This document shows, piece by piece, positions 19,964 through 30,615 of a stretch of 64,000 bases of DNA. The first letter of the stretch is position 1. Each line of letters begins with the position of its first letter. Below the pieces are notes generated by a model. That model did not search any database and was not told the origin of the DNA. It was given only the letters and a program-made list of their open reading frames with translations. The DNA is taken from positions 32,001 to 96,000 of IMG/VR virus record IMGVR_UViG_3300043812_000016. One strand, 5' to 3'. The position numbers and the translations under genes are program-made. This stretch comes from a virus. Taxonomy: Duplodnaviria > Caudoviricetes.

Positions 19964-20103
19964 CATCATCTATTAAAATGATTAATATAACAAGTATAGA
20001 TTTCATTAACGTTATCAATGGAGTCTCCTTTCTTTTAATAATTATTGTTTAGAAAAGCCTACAGTATTATCAATCTCTAATGGACTGTGGGCTTTTCTTT
20101 TTG
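19960..20103 (+). ncRNA. Promoter-sRNA-terminator unit D with anti-SD tract
   Basis: TTGACA-N17-TAATAT; TTTCAT and CTCCTTTC (20025-20032); terminator 20051-20103. Confidence 0.6.
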
Positions 20104-20153
20104 TCTTTTTTAGCTTATAATTGTATTAAATTATTGTGAAAAGAGTTTGGCTA

Positions 20154-20414
20154 ATGCAAACAAAAGAAAGTCCTAAAAAAGAACAATTAACTAAGGTAGC
20201 CGTTTCTACTGGTTGTCCATATTGTCATTCTCCTTATAAGGTAAATTATTTACCCGATAGTGGAATGGGAGTATCTATTGAGTGTGACGATTCTGGTATA
20301 ATTCAGCCTTATTTATCTGTAGAGCATACAGGTAATTTTGACGAAGAAGTATTAGCTGATATTGTGGAGCAGATTGAGATTAAGTTTTGTCCTTTTTGCG
20401 GTAGGGAGTTGTAA
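20154..20414 (+). CDS. Zn-ribbon hypothetical protein
   Basis: CPYCH...FCPFCGREL. Confidence 0.7.
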   Translation: MQTKESPKKEQLTKVAVSTGCPYCHSPYKVNYLPDSGMGVSIECDDSGIIQPYLSVEHTGNFDEEVLADIVEQIEIKFCPFCGREL

Positions 20415-20416
20415 TT

Positions 20417-20854
20417 ATGGATGGTTGTACTTTTACATTTAAAGATATAGAAGATCATGTAGCTAAGGTAAAACAGAAGGCTTTAACAAGTGCAATGAGG
20501 AATAATCCTGTTTATGTAGATATAATTTGAGAAAACACGTTACTTTAGTTGCGTGATGAATCAATTAGTGGTATAATAAAAACTGTAAAGAATTTAGGTA
20601 ATTTTAGATACGAAAACCAAGTATCTTAATAAGTTACTTAATAATATTAAAGGTTAGGGACTAGCCTTGGTAAGATAGCTTAGTTCTGTAAGTTAGGTAT
20701 AGTGAATACTGATGTAAGATCCTAAATACTACTAGGTGTTCCCAGAATCTCCCACTTCAAGTGTTAAACATAAGGTTTAGCTAAGTGGGAGAAGTTCAAT
20801 AGTGTTTTCATGGGTATGTTTGATGAATTAAATGTACATTATCCAGAAGATTAG
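20417..20854 (+). pseudogene. Small gene interrupted by an IS200/IS605-derived element
   Basis: MDGCTF... stops at the element; SVFMGMFDELNVHYPED* resumes after it. Confidence 0.5.
20531..20799 (+). mobile_element. Non-autonomous IS200/IS605-type element (ends plus tnpB-3'/omega-RNA-like region)
   Basis: Left hairpin CACGTTACTTTAGTTGCGTG; GGTTAGGGACTAGCCTTGGTAA; right hairpin TCTCCCACTT/AAGTGGGAGA ending GTTCAA; no transposase or TnpB ORF. Confidence 0.65.
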
Positions 20855-20964
20855 TAAATGAAAAAGTCTAGGGTTAAGTCCTTAGGCTTTTTTAATATGC
20901 TATAATAATGATTGTGTAAAGGTGGTGATAGCTGATTAGTTTAAAAACAATTTATAAAAAGTCA

Positions 20965-21153
20965 TTGCAAAAGGTAGTTGATAATGCTAGTGCTGAGATG
21001 TTTTTGCCTGATATTGATCGGATTATGCTAAAGTATAAGCACTTAGGCTTGACTAAAGAGCAACAAATGAAGATCTTAGAACAGCTTAGTATTGCTATTG
21101 ACGTAAAGATTAGTAGATTAGCACAAGAAATTAGAGAGGAAGATGATAATTAA
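20965..21153 (+). CDS. Hypothetical protein upstream of terL
   Basis: ORF abutting the terL start; may begin slightly upstream. Confidence 0.55.
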   Translation: MQKVVDNASAEMFLPDIDRIMLKYKHLGLTKEQQMKILEQLSIAIDVKISRLAQEIREEDDN

Positions 21154-24100
21154 GTGGATGGTAAACAATTAACAAAGTTAGCTAGGTCGATGTTTAACTT
21201 AGGACCTAAAGATCCTATTACAGTTGATCAGCTAAATTATGTGTTGGGTATGAGTAGACCTAGTAACTATTTATTACAACATCACACGATTAATGGAAAG
21301 CCATTAACCTTTAATGTACCAGATCATGATACTACTAAGGCTTTAAGTCATAGGCCATGGCAAAAAATGGTTATTGACGATGTTAATTATCCAGATCTGT
21401 GCGTAATTAAAAGCCGACAGTTGGGTTTTTCGGAAGTTGGAATTGAGCAGATGATTTATTGGCTTGATATACATAGTGCTGATAAACCTAATGGTTTGTA
21501 TACATTCCCTAGATTAAGTGGGGCTTTTGACAGTAATGTTAATTGAAAAACATCCCCTAAACGGGCAAAGCTTAAAAAGCTGGTAAGAAAGACTAAGCTC
21601 TTATAGAGTAGTGTTAACCCCGTCCTAATAAAATGGCTAACGACTATATAGGGAATATCCTAAAGGGATAAAGATATAGTCTTACAATGTAATAAATTAC
21701 GTTTACATTTGTAAACTTATCGGCAACTTAATGACTTCTATAAGCAACGTATTTTGCCAGAGTTTGAGTCTGGTTATTATAAGTCTTTAATTAAAGATCC
21801 TAAGACAACTACAATGAATGGTATGAAGATTAGAGACTCTAATTTAATTTTCCGTACTAGTTCACAAGGTAGTTCTATGGAAGGTCTAAAAATTGATCGG
21901 CTTGCATTGGATATAATATTTGTTCTGGTTAACAGTAATGTTAATTGAAAAATATCCCCTAAACGGGCTTACCGTAATAAGGTGGTAAGAGAAGCTAAAC
22001 CTTATTTACGAAATAAGGCAGGCTAATCCCGTACCAAGTTAAAACAGGTCTAACGACTATATAGGGAATATCCTAGTAGGATAAAGATATAGTCTGTTTT
22101 ATAATTAAAATTATATATTAAATTGGAATATGATCGCTTAAATCCTCTAGCTGAGCAGTCAGCAATCAGTCTATGCAGTCCTCACCTTATAAGATTGTAA
22201 GTAGATGGTCAACGCCTAAATATGTGGGCGCTAAACTTAGTAATAAGTTTTGAATAAACTTTGTTAAACGGGTATAGCCAAATAACTGAAGTAAATAGGC
22301 TAGTAAGAAAGGCTAAGTCCAGAAGTGGATAGAGTTGATCAACCGTGCTAAATAGAAAAGCCTAACGATTAGGTGTTTACTTACTATATTAGAATATGGT
22401 ATAAAAATAATAGAAAGTGAGTAAACATATGCCTAGAAAAATAACAGATAAGATATTTAAGCAACGAGTATATGATCAAGTAGGTAATGAATATATAGCT
22501 TTAACTCCCTATGTTAAGGGGTATGAAAAAGTTAAGTTTAAGCATACTAAGTGTAACAACACTTTTTGGATGACTCCTAATCATTTTTTAGGGGATCATA
22601 GACGATGCTCCTATTGTAATCATGGTAATGCAAAGTCACCGGAGGAATTTGCAAAAGAATTTTGTAAGGTTGCAGGAAAACATTACATTCAGCTAACTGC
22701 TTATCATCGTTCACATGAAAAAATTGAAGTCATTCATGTTGATTGTGGACATAAATATTGGGTTGACCCTGATTCTTTTGTAAGTGGGGGTAGGAGATGC
22801 CCTAAGTGCTATGGAAATAATAGAAAGACAATTGAGCAGTTTAGAGAAGAGGTTAATTTATTAACTCATGGTGAATACGTTTGTATTTCCGAAAGCTATG
22901 TAAATAATAGAACAAATGTTGAGATTAAACATTTAGTATGTGGCAATAAGTACAAGGTTACACCCCATGATTTTATAGAGGGGAATAGATGTCCTTATTG
23001 CAAGCAATCAAAAGGGGAGAAGTTAGTTCAGAAAATTCTGGATAAACATAAGATACCTTATGAAATACAAAAGCGCTTCGAGTGGTGCAGGCGTGAAAAT
23101 GGTAGCTATTTACCTTTTGACTTTTATCTACCTAACTATAGCTTATGTATTGAGTACGATGGTATTCAGCATTTTAAGAGTGTTAAATACTTTGGGGGAC
23201 GGAAGAAGTTGCTAAGTCAACAAAATAGAGATAATTTCAAAAACAGGTGTTGCTTGAATAAAGAAATATCAGTTATTAGAGTTCCTTATAATCTATCTCC
23301 AGATTTTGTAGAAGTTAAATTAATGTCTGTAATAAATTCTAGGCAAAAAGCAAAGGATCGTATAGCTAAAATTATACGATTATGATATAATCTAATCTAT
23401 TTAGAAATAAATAGTTAATATAATTGACAGTACAAAATTATGGGATACATCGTCTGTTTTTACAATCAGACCAGAGACGTTGGGTACACACTTGCCCACA
23501 TTGCGGTTTTGAACAGGTTTTAGACTATGAGAAGAATGTTAAGCAGGTTAATAAAGATGGTATAGATACAGACGCTAGGGTTGTACAGCCGGGTACTTTT
23601 CAGTTTGTTTGTCAGAAATGCGGAAAATTGCTTGATCGGTGGTATGATGCCAAGTGGGTTGTAACTCGCCCCGGTTCGGGACGTAGACATGGTTATGCAA
23701 TTTCGCAAATGGATAGATTATGTGTCCCCTTTAATAGTGATATTAATTGAAATAAACTTACTAAACGGGTAAAGCTAAATAATAATTACAATAAAGAATA
23801 GGCTAGTAAGAAAGACTAAGTCCTAGTAATTAAGGATATAGTTGACCAACCGTACTAAATCTGATCTATAATAGATAGAGAAGTAAAAGTCTAACGACTA
23901 AACTTCTAATATTAATTTATTAGATAAGAGTGATATTTTATTATGGGTAGACTAAAGACTAATGAAGAATTTTTAAATGATTTGAATAATAAATACGGTA
24001 ATGAATATATACCTTTGTCTCCCTATATAAGGAATAATATAAAAATCCCCTTTTTACATTATGATTGTTGTACTATTGAGTATCATACTCCTAGAAGAAT

Positions 24101-26848
24101 TTTACAGGGTCATGGATGTAAAAAGTGTGGGAATATAAGTAGTGGATGTCAAAGAGAGAAGTCTAATAATAATTTTTTAGAGGAATTAAAATTATTAGGG
24201 TTAGACGACTTTAAGTTTAATGAGTCTTATCGTGGTAGAACTAAAAAGATTAGTTGTACACATCTTAAATGTGGTTTCACTTGGAAAGTATCTCCAGCAA
24301 GCATACTTCTTAATCGAGGATGTCCTAAATGTAGTTTAAATAGGATTAAGTCTTATAATTCATTATCATTTAATGAAGTTATGCGTAGACTACCCAATAA
24401 CATAAAGCTACTTGATCATTATCAAGTTGGAAATTTAAATAAGCACTATCATTTATTATGTACAACTTGTGGGTATGGTAGTAATTATGAATGGTGTCCT
24501 AACTTATTAGATGTAGTCGATAAGGGGTCAGGATGTCCTAATTGTTATTTAAATCATCGAAAGTCTAAAGGAGAATCTATAATTCTTACTATACTGAGGG
24601 ATTTAGGTTTTATCGAGGGTAAGGATTTTATTTATGGATATGTATTATCAAATAGGTTACATTTAGACTTTTATTTTCCTAAAGGCAAAATAGCTATTGA
24701 ATATGATGGTATTCAGCATTATGAACCTAGGGATAAGTTCGGAGGACTACCTGCTTTTAGAAAACAAGTAATTAGAGATAATAATAAAAATGATATTGTT
24801 AGAGAATTAGGAATTGATTTACTACGTATATCATATAAATACAATACCTATAATAAAATATATGGTGTATTAAAACCATTTATCATGTAATGTAAGTTAG
24901 CTATTAACTAGCTAAAGAGATAGTCTTATGTATAATTAAAGTTATACAAATAAAATAATTGGCAGTATGGATCACGGCGGACAAACTGAAGGAAGAGGAG
25001 ATGAGAGCGCCTTCCAAGCAGTTCTTCTATAATTACTCGCTTGGAATGCCTTATGAAGATAAAGGTGCAACCTTTAGAGATGAAGATATTTTAACTCATA
25101 TTGATAGTAGTTATAATAAGCCAGATGATAGAAGTAATTACAAGTACGTATCTATCGGTGTTGATTGGGGTAGATGTTTGCCCCTTTTTATAGGAATATA
25201 AAATAAAAGAACTGTGTTAAACGGGTAAAGCTAAATAACTGAATTGAATAGGCTAGTAAGAAAGACTAAGTCCAGAAGTGGATAGAGTTGACCAACCGTT
25301 CTAAAATAAATGACTAACGATTAAATAGGAGATGATACTAATGTCTAAGTTAACTAATTTGGACTTTATTGAACGTAGCAAGAAAATGGGAGTATTTGAC
25401 GAATATATCTTTTTAGACAAATATGTTAACAATAAAACTCCAATTAGAGCTATTCATAAAGTTTGTGGTAATGAGGTTAGTATTATCCCCCGAGAGTGGT
25501 TTAGAGGAAAGAACAGGTGTAGGAAATGCACTATTAATAAAAAGTGGAGAAAACCTGAAATATCTATTGAGAATGAAAAAGCTAAGATCAATAGTTGTTT
25601 GGGCAACAACTATAAGTTAATAGATGTGAGTTTTTTAACAAAGCATGGTAAAGGATCATATTATGCTAAGATATTAAATTTATCTACGAAAGAATATAAA
25701 ACTGTTAGGGCGGATCATATTACTTCGGATAAACGCTACTTGTCATCCACACACATTAAATCAGTTGGAGAGCTTAGAATTAAATCATACTTAGAGAGAT
25801 GTGGTATTGACTATGTATCACCTAAGACTTTTGAAGGTCTTAAAGATAAGCAGAAGTTACATTATGACTTTTACTTACCTAATAATAGAGTATTGATAGA
25901 ATATCAAGGCGAACAACACTTTAATGCCGACAAACAAATAAGTTGTAATCCTCATGCTTATGAATTACAGGTTAAGCATGATGAAATGAAAAGATCCTAT
26001 GCTAAAAATAATAACTATACATTATATGAAATACCATATACGATTTATAGTTATTCTGAAATATACAGATACATGAATAAATTACTTAATTAAACACACA
26101 GTGCCCAATAAGAGGGCAAAGATATAATCTATGCCCAGCAGAAATGCTGAGGTTAAGTTAAAGGAACACGTACATTCAATTGTTACTTTAGGTATGAGAG
26201 GTAATGGTCAAATTGACCTTATGGATCTTACTCAAATTCCTAGATCAACTGGTGTAGAACATATTGAAGAAGACCTAAATCTAGTCATGAGAAAGATAAA
26301 TCAATATCAGCCTGATATTATTTGTCCCGATTTAGGATTCTCTGGTAATTATGTGCAGAAAATGATGGCTTATTATGGTATTCAGCGTGTATATGGGGTT
26401 GTTGTTAGATCAGCGAAGACTAACGGTGACTTTTAATGCGCATTTTAATGATACTGATTCTACTGTTACTCTGGATAAGCTTACTCAAAATGTTATTCTT
26501 ATGGGTAACATTAAACGGGGTGATATCCATTTCTGGTCTGGTTCCCAGAACGATCCAGAAGTTAGAAAGCTTATTATTCATGGTAAAAATGTTGTTATTC
26601 GTACTGATGAAAAAGAAAATCAGCAGACACATTTAATTGAGTATAGTAAGGTTATTTTACGTAAGGGTCCAGATCATTACTTCCAGTCGATGGTATATGC
26701 TATGGCTGGGCTTGATAAGTTAATGAAAGAGGACGCAATGAAGCGTAGAAAGTCTACACAGATTGATTATCTTGATAATGACATCTTTACTCCAGAACAG
26801 ACGGATATACAACGAGAATATGAAATTAAGAACGAAACGGAGTTCTAA
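21154..26848 (+). CDS. terL: Terminase large subunit in six exons: 21154-21510, 21715-21912, 22126-22217, 23427-23714, 24962-25171, 26164-26848 (about 609 aa)
   Basis: Joined exons give KSRQLGFSE, YTFP|TY, LD|EYD, WSTP|TV, QMD|AVW, GVDWG|EH and GPDHY; needs one-base fixes in exons 3 and 6. Confidence 0.93.
21511..21714 (+). mobile_element. Group I intron terL-I1 (no ORF)
   Basis: IGS TAAGT-GGGG pairs with both exons; P7 GACTA/TAGTC; last base A in this assembly. Confidence 0.88.
21913..22125 (+). mobile_element. Group I intron terL-I2 (no ORF)
   Basis: Upstream exon ends in T, intron ends in G; CTAACGACTA and AAGATATAGTC core. Confidence 0.9.
22218..23426 (+). mobile_element. Group I intron terL-I3 with endonuclease ORF
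   Basis: IGS TGT-GGGCG; P7 GATTA/TAATC; terminal G. Confidence 0.9.
22417..23385 (+). CDS. Intron-encoded putative homing endonuclease (Zn repeats plus PD-(D/E)XK/DUF559-like domain)
   Basis: HxxC...RCPxC repeats; LPFDFY...IEYDGIQH. Confidence 0.85.
   Translation: MSKHMPRKITDKIFKQRVYDQVGNEYIALTPYVKGYEKVKFKHTKCNNTFWMTPNHFLGDHRRCSYCNHGNAKSPEEFAKEFCKVAGKHYIQLTAYHRSHEKIEVIHVDCGHKYWVDPDSFVSGGRRCPKCYGNNRKTIEQFREEVNLLTHGEYVCISESYVNNRTNVEIKHLVCGNKYKVTPHDFIEGNRCPYCKQSKGEKLVQKILDKHKIPYEIQKRFEWCRRENGSYLPFDFYLPNYSLCIEYDGIQHFKSVKYFGGRKKLLSQQNRDNFKNRCCLNKEISVIRVPYNLSPDFVEVKLMSVINSRQKAKDRIAKIIRL
23715..24961 (+). mobile_element. Group I intron terL-I4 with endonuclease ORF
   Basis: IGS TGT-GTCC; P7 GACTA/TAGTC; terminal G. 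Confidence 0.9.
23943..24890 (+). CDS. Intron-encoded putative homing endonuclease
   Basis: Zn repeats; LHLDFY...IEYDGIQH. Confidence 0.85.
   Translation: MGRLKTNEEFLNDLNNKYGNEYIPLSPYIRNNIKIPFLHYDCCTIEYHTPRRILQGHGCKKCGNISSGCQREKSNNNFLEELKLLGLDDFKFNESYRGRTKKISCTHLKCGFTWKVSPASILLNRGCPKCSLNRIKSYNSLSFNEVMRRLPNNIKLLDHYQVGNLNKHYHLLCTTCGYGSNYEWCPNLLDVVDKGSGCPNCYLNHRKSKGESIILTILRDLGFIEGKDFIYGYVLSNRLHLDFYFPKGKIAIEYDGIQHYEPRDKFGGLPAFRKQVIRDNNKNDIVRELGIDLLRISYKYNTYNKIYGVLKPFIM
25172..26163 (+). mobile_element. Group I intron terL-I5 with endonuclease ORF
   Basis: IGS TGTTT-GCCCC; P3 CTGTGT/ACACAG; P7 GATTA/TAATC; terminal G. Confidence 0.9.
25332..26093 (+). CDS. Intron-encoded putative homing endonuclease
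   Basis: HKVCG...RCRKC; LHYDFY...IEYQGEQH. Confidence 0.85.
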   Translation: MILMSKLTNLDFIERSKKMGVFDEYIFLDKYVNNKTPIRAIHKVCGNEVSIIPREWFRGKNRCRKCTINKKWRKPEISIENEKAKINSCLGNNYKLIDVSFLTKHGKGSYYAKILNLSTKEYKTVRADHITSDKRYLSSTHIKSVGELRIKSYLERCGIDYVSPKTFEGLKDKQKLHYDFYLPNNRVLIEYQGEQHFNADKQISCNPHAYELQVKHDEMKRSYAKNNNYTLYEIPYTIYSYSEIYRYMNKLLN

Positions 26849-26960
26849 TTAAGTAAAAGACCTCTACTAGCTTTTATACTAGTAGAGGTCTTTTCAGCTA
26901 TATTAAAGGCAGAATTGTAGGTGCTATAATGTATATTTTAAATAAAGGGGTGAAGATTAT

Positions 26961-28533
26961 ATGAGTTTTTTAGATCGCTGGTTTGGCTCTGAGAATGCTG
27001 ATGATTACATTGATCTTGAACAGTTGAATAAGCAAGAAATTGCCAAAAGCTTTAGAGCTGGTAGATCAGACCAGCGGGTTGATAATGCTTATATTCAAAT
27101 TGGTGCAGATAGTCATAATCGCCAAAACCCCCAGCGAGAAAAGATTAACCAAGATTATTATTTAAGAAAGAAAGATCAACTAAGAGCTTATGCAGATGAC
27201 CTATTAGTTCAAGCAATTATTAGAACTAGAACTAACCAGATCTTAAACTTTGCTACTCCTGCCCGTTTATCTAGTGACGATAATGGGTTTAGAGTTGTTA
27301 AAAAGGGTAAGCAACTTAGTGATATGACAACACATGAAAAAAATGTTGCTAAGAAGTTAGAGGACTTTATTTTCTATACTGGTAAGGACCAATTAGACTG
27401 GCGTGATGATTTCCCAACTTTCTTGGCTAAGATTATTTATGACTTTTATGTGTTTGACCAAGTTAATATTGAACGGGTTTATGAAAGTAAAAGATCTAAT
27501 AAATTAAACCATTTTAACCATGTAGACGCTTCTACTGTTCTAATTGATAAATACCCGACTAGTATTGATAAGCCTAAATCCTTTGTACAGGTAGTTAATA
27601 GTAATGCTAGTGATAAAGATAGAATTTATTTTAATAGTAAAGAGCTAGTATTTTCTACTTATTGGAGCCAAGATAAGCCTTATTCTGGTGGGTATGGTTT
27701 TTCGCCTGTTGAAGCAGGTATGGAACATATTCAGTACCATATTAATGTTGAGCAGTTTAATGCTCGTTTCTTTAGCCAAGGTGGTATGACTCGTGGTCTG
27801 TTGCTTTTAGATCCAGGGTGATGGTTCTGGTACTTCTCAGTCTAACTTAGACGCATTAAGACGTAATTTAACTCCAGCACAAGGAATCAACGGTTCGTGG
27901 AAAATTCCAATTATTCAAGCACATGATGCAAAGTACGTCAACATGACACAATCCTCTAAGGATATGGAATTTATTAATTTCCTTAATTATCTTAATAATA
28001 TTATTTGTGCTGATTTTAATATCCAACCCGATGAGATTAACTTTCCTAATCGAGGAGGAGCTAATGGTAAGACTGGTGGTAGTACCTTAAATGAGGGTAA
28101 TACTACTAGAACTAAAATAGACGCTTCTCGTAATAATGGGTTAGAACCTGTTATGAAGTACATTGAACGTCTAATGACTGATAAGATTTTACGATACGTT
28201 GACTCTGATTATATGTTTGTCTTTAGTCCAAGCGATCAAGGTAAAGAGAAACAACTACAAGATGAGTTAGCATTAAAGCTAAAAAATGGGATGACGATTT
28301 CAGAGGCGAGAGCGCTTATGCATTTACCTAAGCTTGACTTACCAGATATTCCGGGTAACTCGGACAACCTTCTGCAATTCTATGCTGTACAATCAAAATT
28401 AACAGATCCTAATGGTAATATGAGTCAACAAAAAGAAAGCTTAACTAGTCCTACTAAAGATGTTCCTAGTGCTATTAAAGAAAACACTAGCAATACTGAT
28501 AATGATAATGGTAGTTTAGATGATAAATCTTAA
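26961..28533 (+). CDS. Portal protein (frameshift near 27818)
   Basis: AIIRTRTNQ, FDQVNIE, GYGFSPVE, RFFSQGG, KDMEF, PDEINFPNRGG; position after terL. Confidence 0.9.
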
Positions 28534-28547
28534 AATGGGGTGTTATA

Positions 28548-29624
28548 TTGCGATGGACCACGAAAACATTTATTAAAGAATTAAATAAGCGTTATCCTAA
28601 TAAATTTATCGTGTTAGGTAAATATAATAGTATTCATACAAAAATAAGAGTTAGATGTTGTAAATGTCAGTACGAGTATGATGCTGAACCTAATTCAATA
28701 TTAAATCGTGGAATTAATTGTCCTAATTGTTCAAATATAGCTATCCACAAAAAGCAACGCTGGACTACGAGTTACTTTAAGAAAAAAGTAAAAGAGTTAG
28801 CAGGAGATTCTTATGTTGTGATAGGGTCTTATGTAGATAGTCAAACAAAAATTGATATGAAGCATTTAACCTGTGGTCATGTCTTTAGCATAAAACCTAA
28901 TGCTTTTATTCAAGGTCATAGATGTTTATATTGTTTTATGAATAAAAAGAAAACAACTAAACAATTCAAGCAAGAAATAAATGATCTTGTTGGAGATGAC
29001 TTTAACTTAATAGGTGAATATGATGGATGTATGAATTACGTTAAATTGAAGCATAATAAATGTGGTAATATTTTTAGTATAACCCCTAATAATTTTTTAG
29101 GAGGTTCTCGTTGTCCGTATTGTACTAAACTTGGTTGTTCTAATGGAGAGCAATTAATTAAATATTATTTAGACGATAGAGGTATTAATTATAAATACGG
29201 TTACTTAATTCCAGACTTAGCAAATACGCGAAATCTTCATTTTGATTTTTGGTTGGCTGATTTAAATATTGCTATAGAGTATGACGGTATCCAACATTTT
29301 AAACCTATTGAATATTTTGGGGGAGTAGATGCATTCCATAGTCAACAAATACGAGATAGATTAAAAGATAACTATTGTAAAAATAATAATATTAAATTAA
29401 TTCGTATTCCATATACTATGGATACTAAGAATAAAGTTAGAGATATTTTGTCTAAGAATATTCAAGATAAGATGAATCCAGAGGCTAATGTAGAGCAACA
29501 ACACCAAAATGATTACAAGCCGGGACACGAACAATCATTAGATAAGAAACCAGAGGCTAAAGAAGATTCTAATAAGCAAGATCTTAAGAGTCCAGAGGAG
29601 ACTAATGTAGGTAATACAGATTAG
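28548..29624 (+). CDS. Free-standing putative homing endonuclease with a portal-like acidic tail
   Basis: Zn repeats; LHFDFW...IEYDGIQH; extra ~54-aa C-terminal tail. Confidence 0.85.
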   Translation: MRWTTKTFIKELNKRYPNKFIVLGKYNSIHTKIRVRCCKCQYEYDAEPNSILNRGINCPNCSNIAIHKKQRWTTSYFKKKVKELAGDSYVVIGSYVDSQTKIDMKHLTCGHVFSIKPNAFIQGHRCLYCFMNKKKTTKQFKQEINDLVGDDFNLIGEYDGCMNYVKLKHNKCGNIFSITPNNFLGGSRCPYCTKLGCSNGEQLIKYYLDDRGINYKYGYLIPDLANTRNLHFDFWLADLNIAIEYDGIQHFKPIEYFGGVDAFHSQQIRDRLKDNYCKNNNIKLIRIPYTMDTKNKVRDILSKNIQDKMNPEANVEQQHQNDYKPGHEQSLDKKPEAKEDSNKQDLKSPEETNVGNTD

Positions 29625-29691
29625 CTAGTTTCCTATATTATTAAACAGAAAAGTTTATGTATTCTAAGTAGACGGGTGGTGAGATCTAAAG

Positions 29692-30603
29692 TTGAAAAAG
29701 AATTTTGATGTATTCTTACCAATTGATAAAGTAGAGAAGTCTGGTGAAGGTGACGAAGCTACTTATACAATTTCTGGGATGGCCTCCACATCAGATAAAG
29801 ACCTACAAGGGGAGACGATAGACCCGCAAGGTATAAATGCTGACTATCTACTAAGCGATGGTTGGGTTGATTTTGAGCATGATCGTGATCAAGTAATTGG
29901 AGTACCAACAGAAAATACATACGTAGACTCTAAAGGTTTGTTCCTTGAGGCTAAGCTTTTCAAGAATATGCCACAGGTACAAGATATTATTAAGCTTTAC
30001 CATAATATTAAAGATAATCATATTGATCGACAACTTGGCTTTTCGATTGAGGGTAATGTTTTAGAACGGGACGCTAGTGATGATTCTATTATTAGACAAG
30101 TTCAAATTACTGGTGTAGCGGTAACTAAGAACCCAGCTAATACTCATGCTACTTGGGAATTGGTTTCAAAGTCTATTTTTGGTTTAGATAATGAGGAACC
30201 TGTTGAAGAGGCAGATACTACAGATTCTAAGCCTATGTTAAGTATGACTGTAAAATTAGATAAGACAAATAAAGCTCTAACTGCTGGTCATGGAATTACT
30301 CCTAGTACCCAGAATGATGGTGGAGCCTTTAGAACAGAAGCTCTTTCTGGTCAATTGGTTAGTTTAGCTGAAAATATGAAGCAGGCTCGTAAGATTGGGT
30401 TAAGACCAGTTGCTAATTCAGTAGCTGATATTTTAGCTCATAAGGACTCTGGGGACGATGTAATGATTTTATTCTTACAATTGTTCGAAGGTCTTTCTTA
30501 TAATGATTCACAAGCTGTGGTTCATGCAATTAATACTAATAACCTAACTACTAGTCGATTGGAAAGAATTTTAAGTGGTGCAGATGGTGTCACTGATGAT
30601 TAA
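29692..30603 (+). CDS. Prohead protease
   Basis: GMASTSDKDLQGE, DFEH, LGFSIEG, GVAVTKNPAN. Confidence 0.9.
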   Translation: MKKNFDVFLPIDKVEKSGEGDEATYTISGMASTSDKDLQGETIDPQGINADYLLSDGWVDFEHDRDQVIGVPTENTYVDSKGLFLEAKLFKNMPQVQDIIKLYHNIKDNHIDRQLGFSIEGNVLERDASDDSIIRQVQITGVAVTKNPANTHATWELVSKSIFGLDNEEPVEEADTTDSKPMLSMTVKLDKTNKALTAGHGITPSTQNDGGAFRTEALSGQLVSLAENMKQARKIGLRPVANSVADILAHKDSGDDVMILFLQLFEGLSYNDSQAVVHAINTNNLTTSRLERILSGADGVTDD

Positions 30604-30615
30604 GGAGGATTAATT

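Noticed and set aside
19949-20017. Short hydrophobic minus-strand peptide (MITLMKSILVILIILIDDVNSF) as a type I toxin
   Set aside because: It runs across the plus-strand promoter and into the methyltransferase end with no clear minus-strand promoter; not excluded, but the antisense-RNA reading fits the other units better
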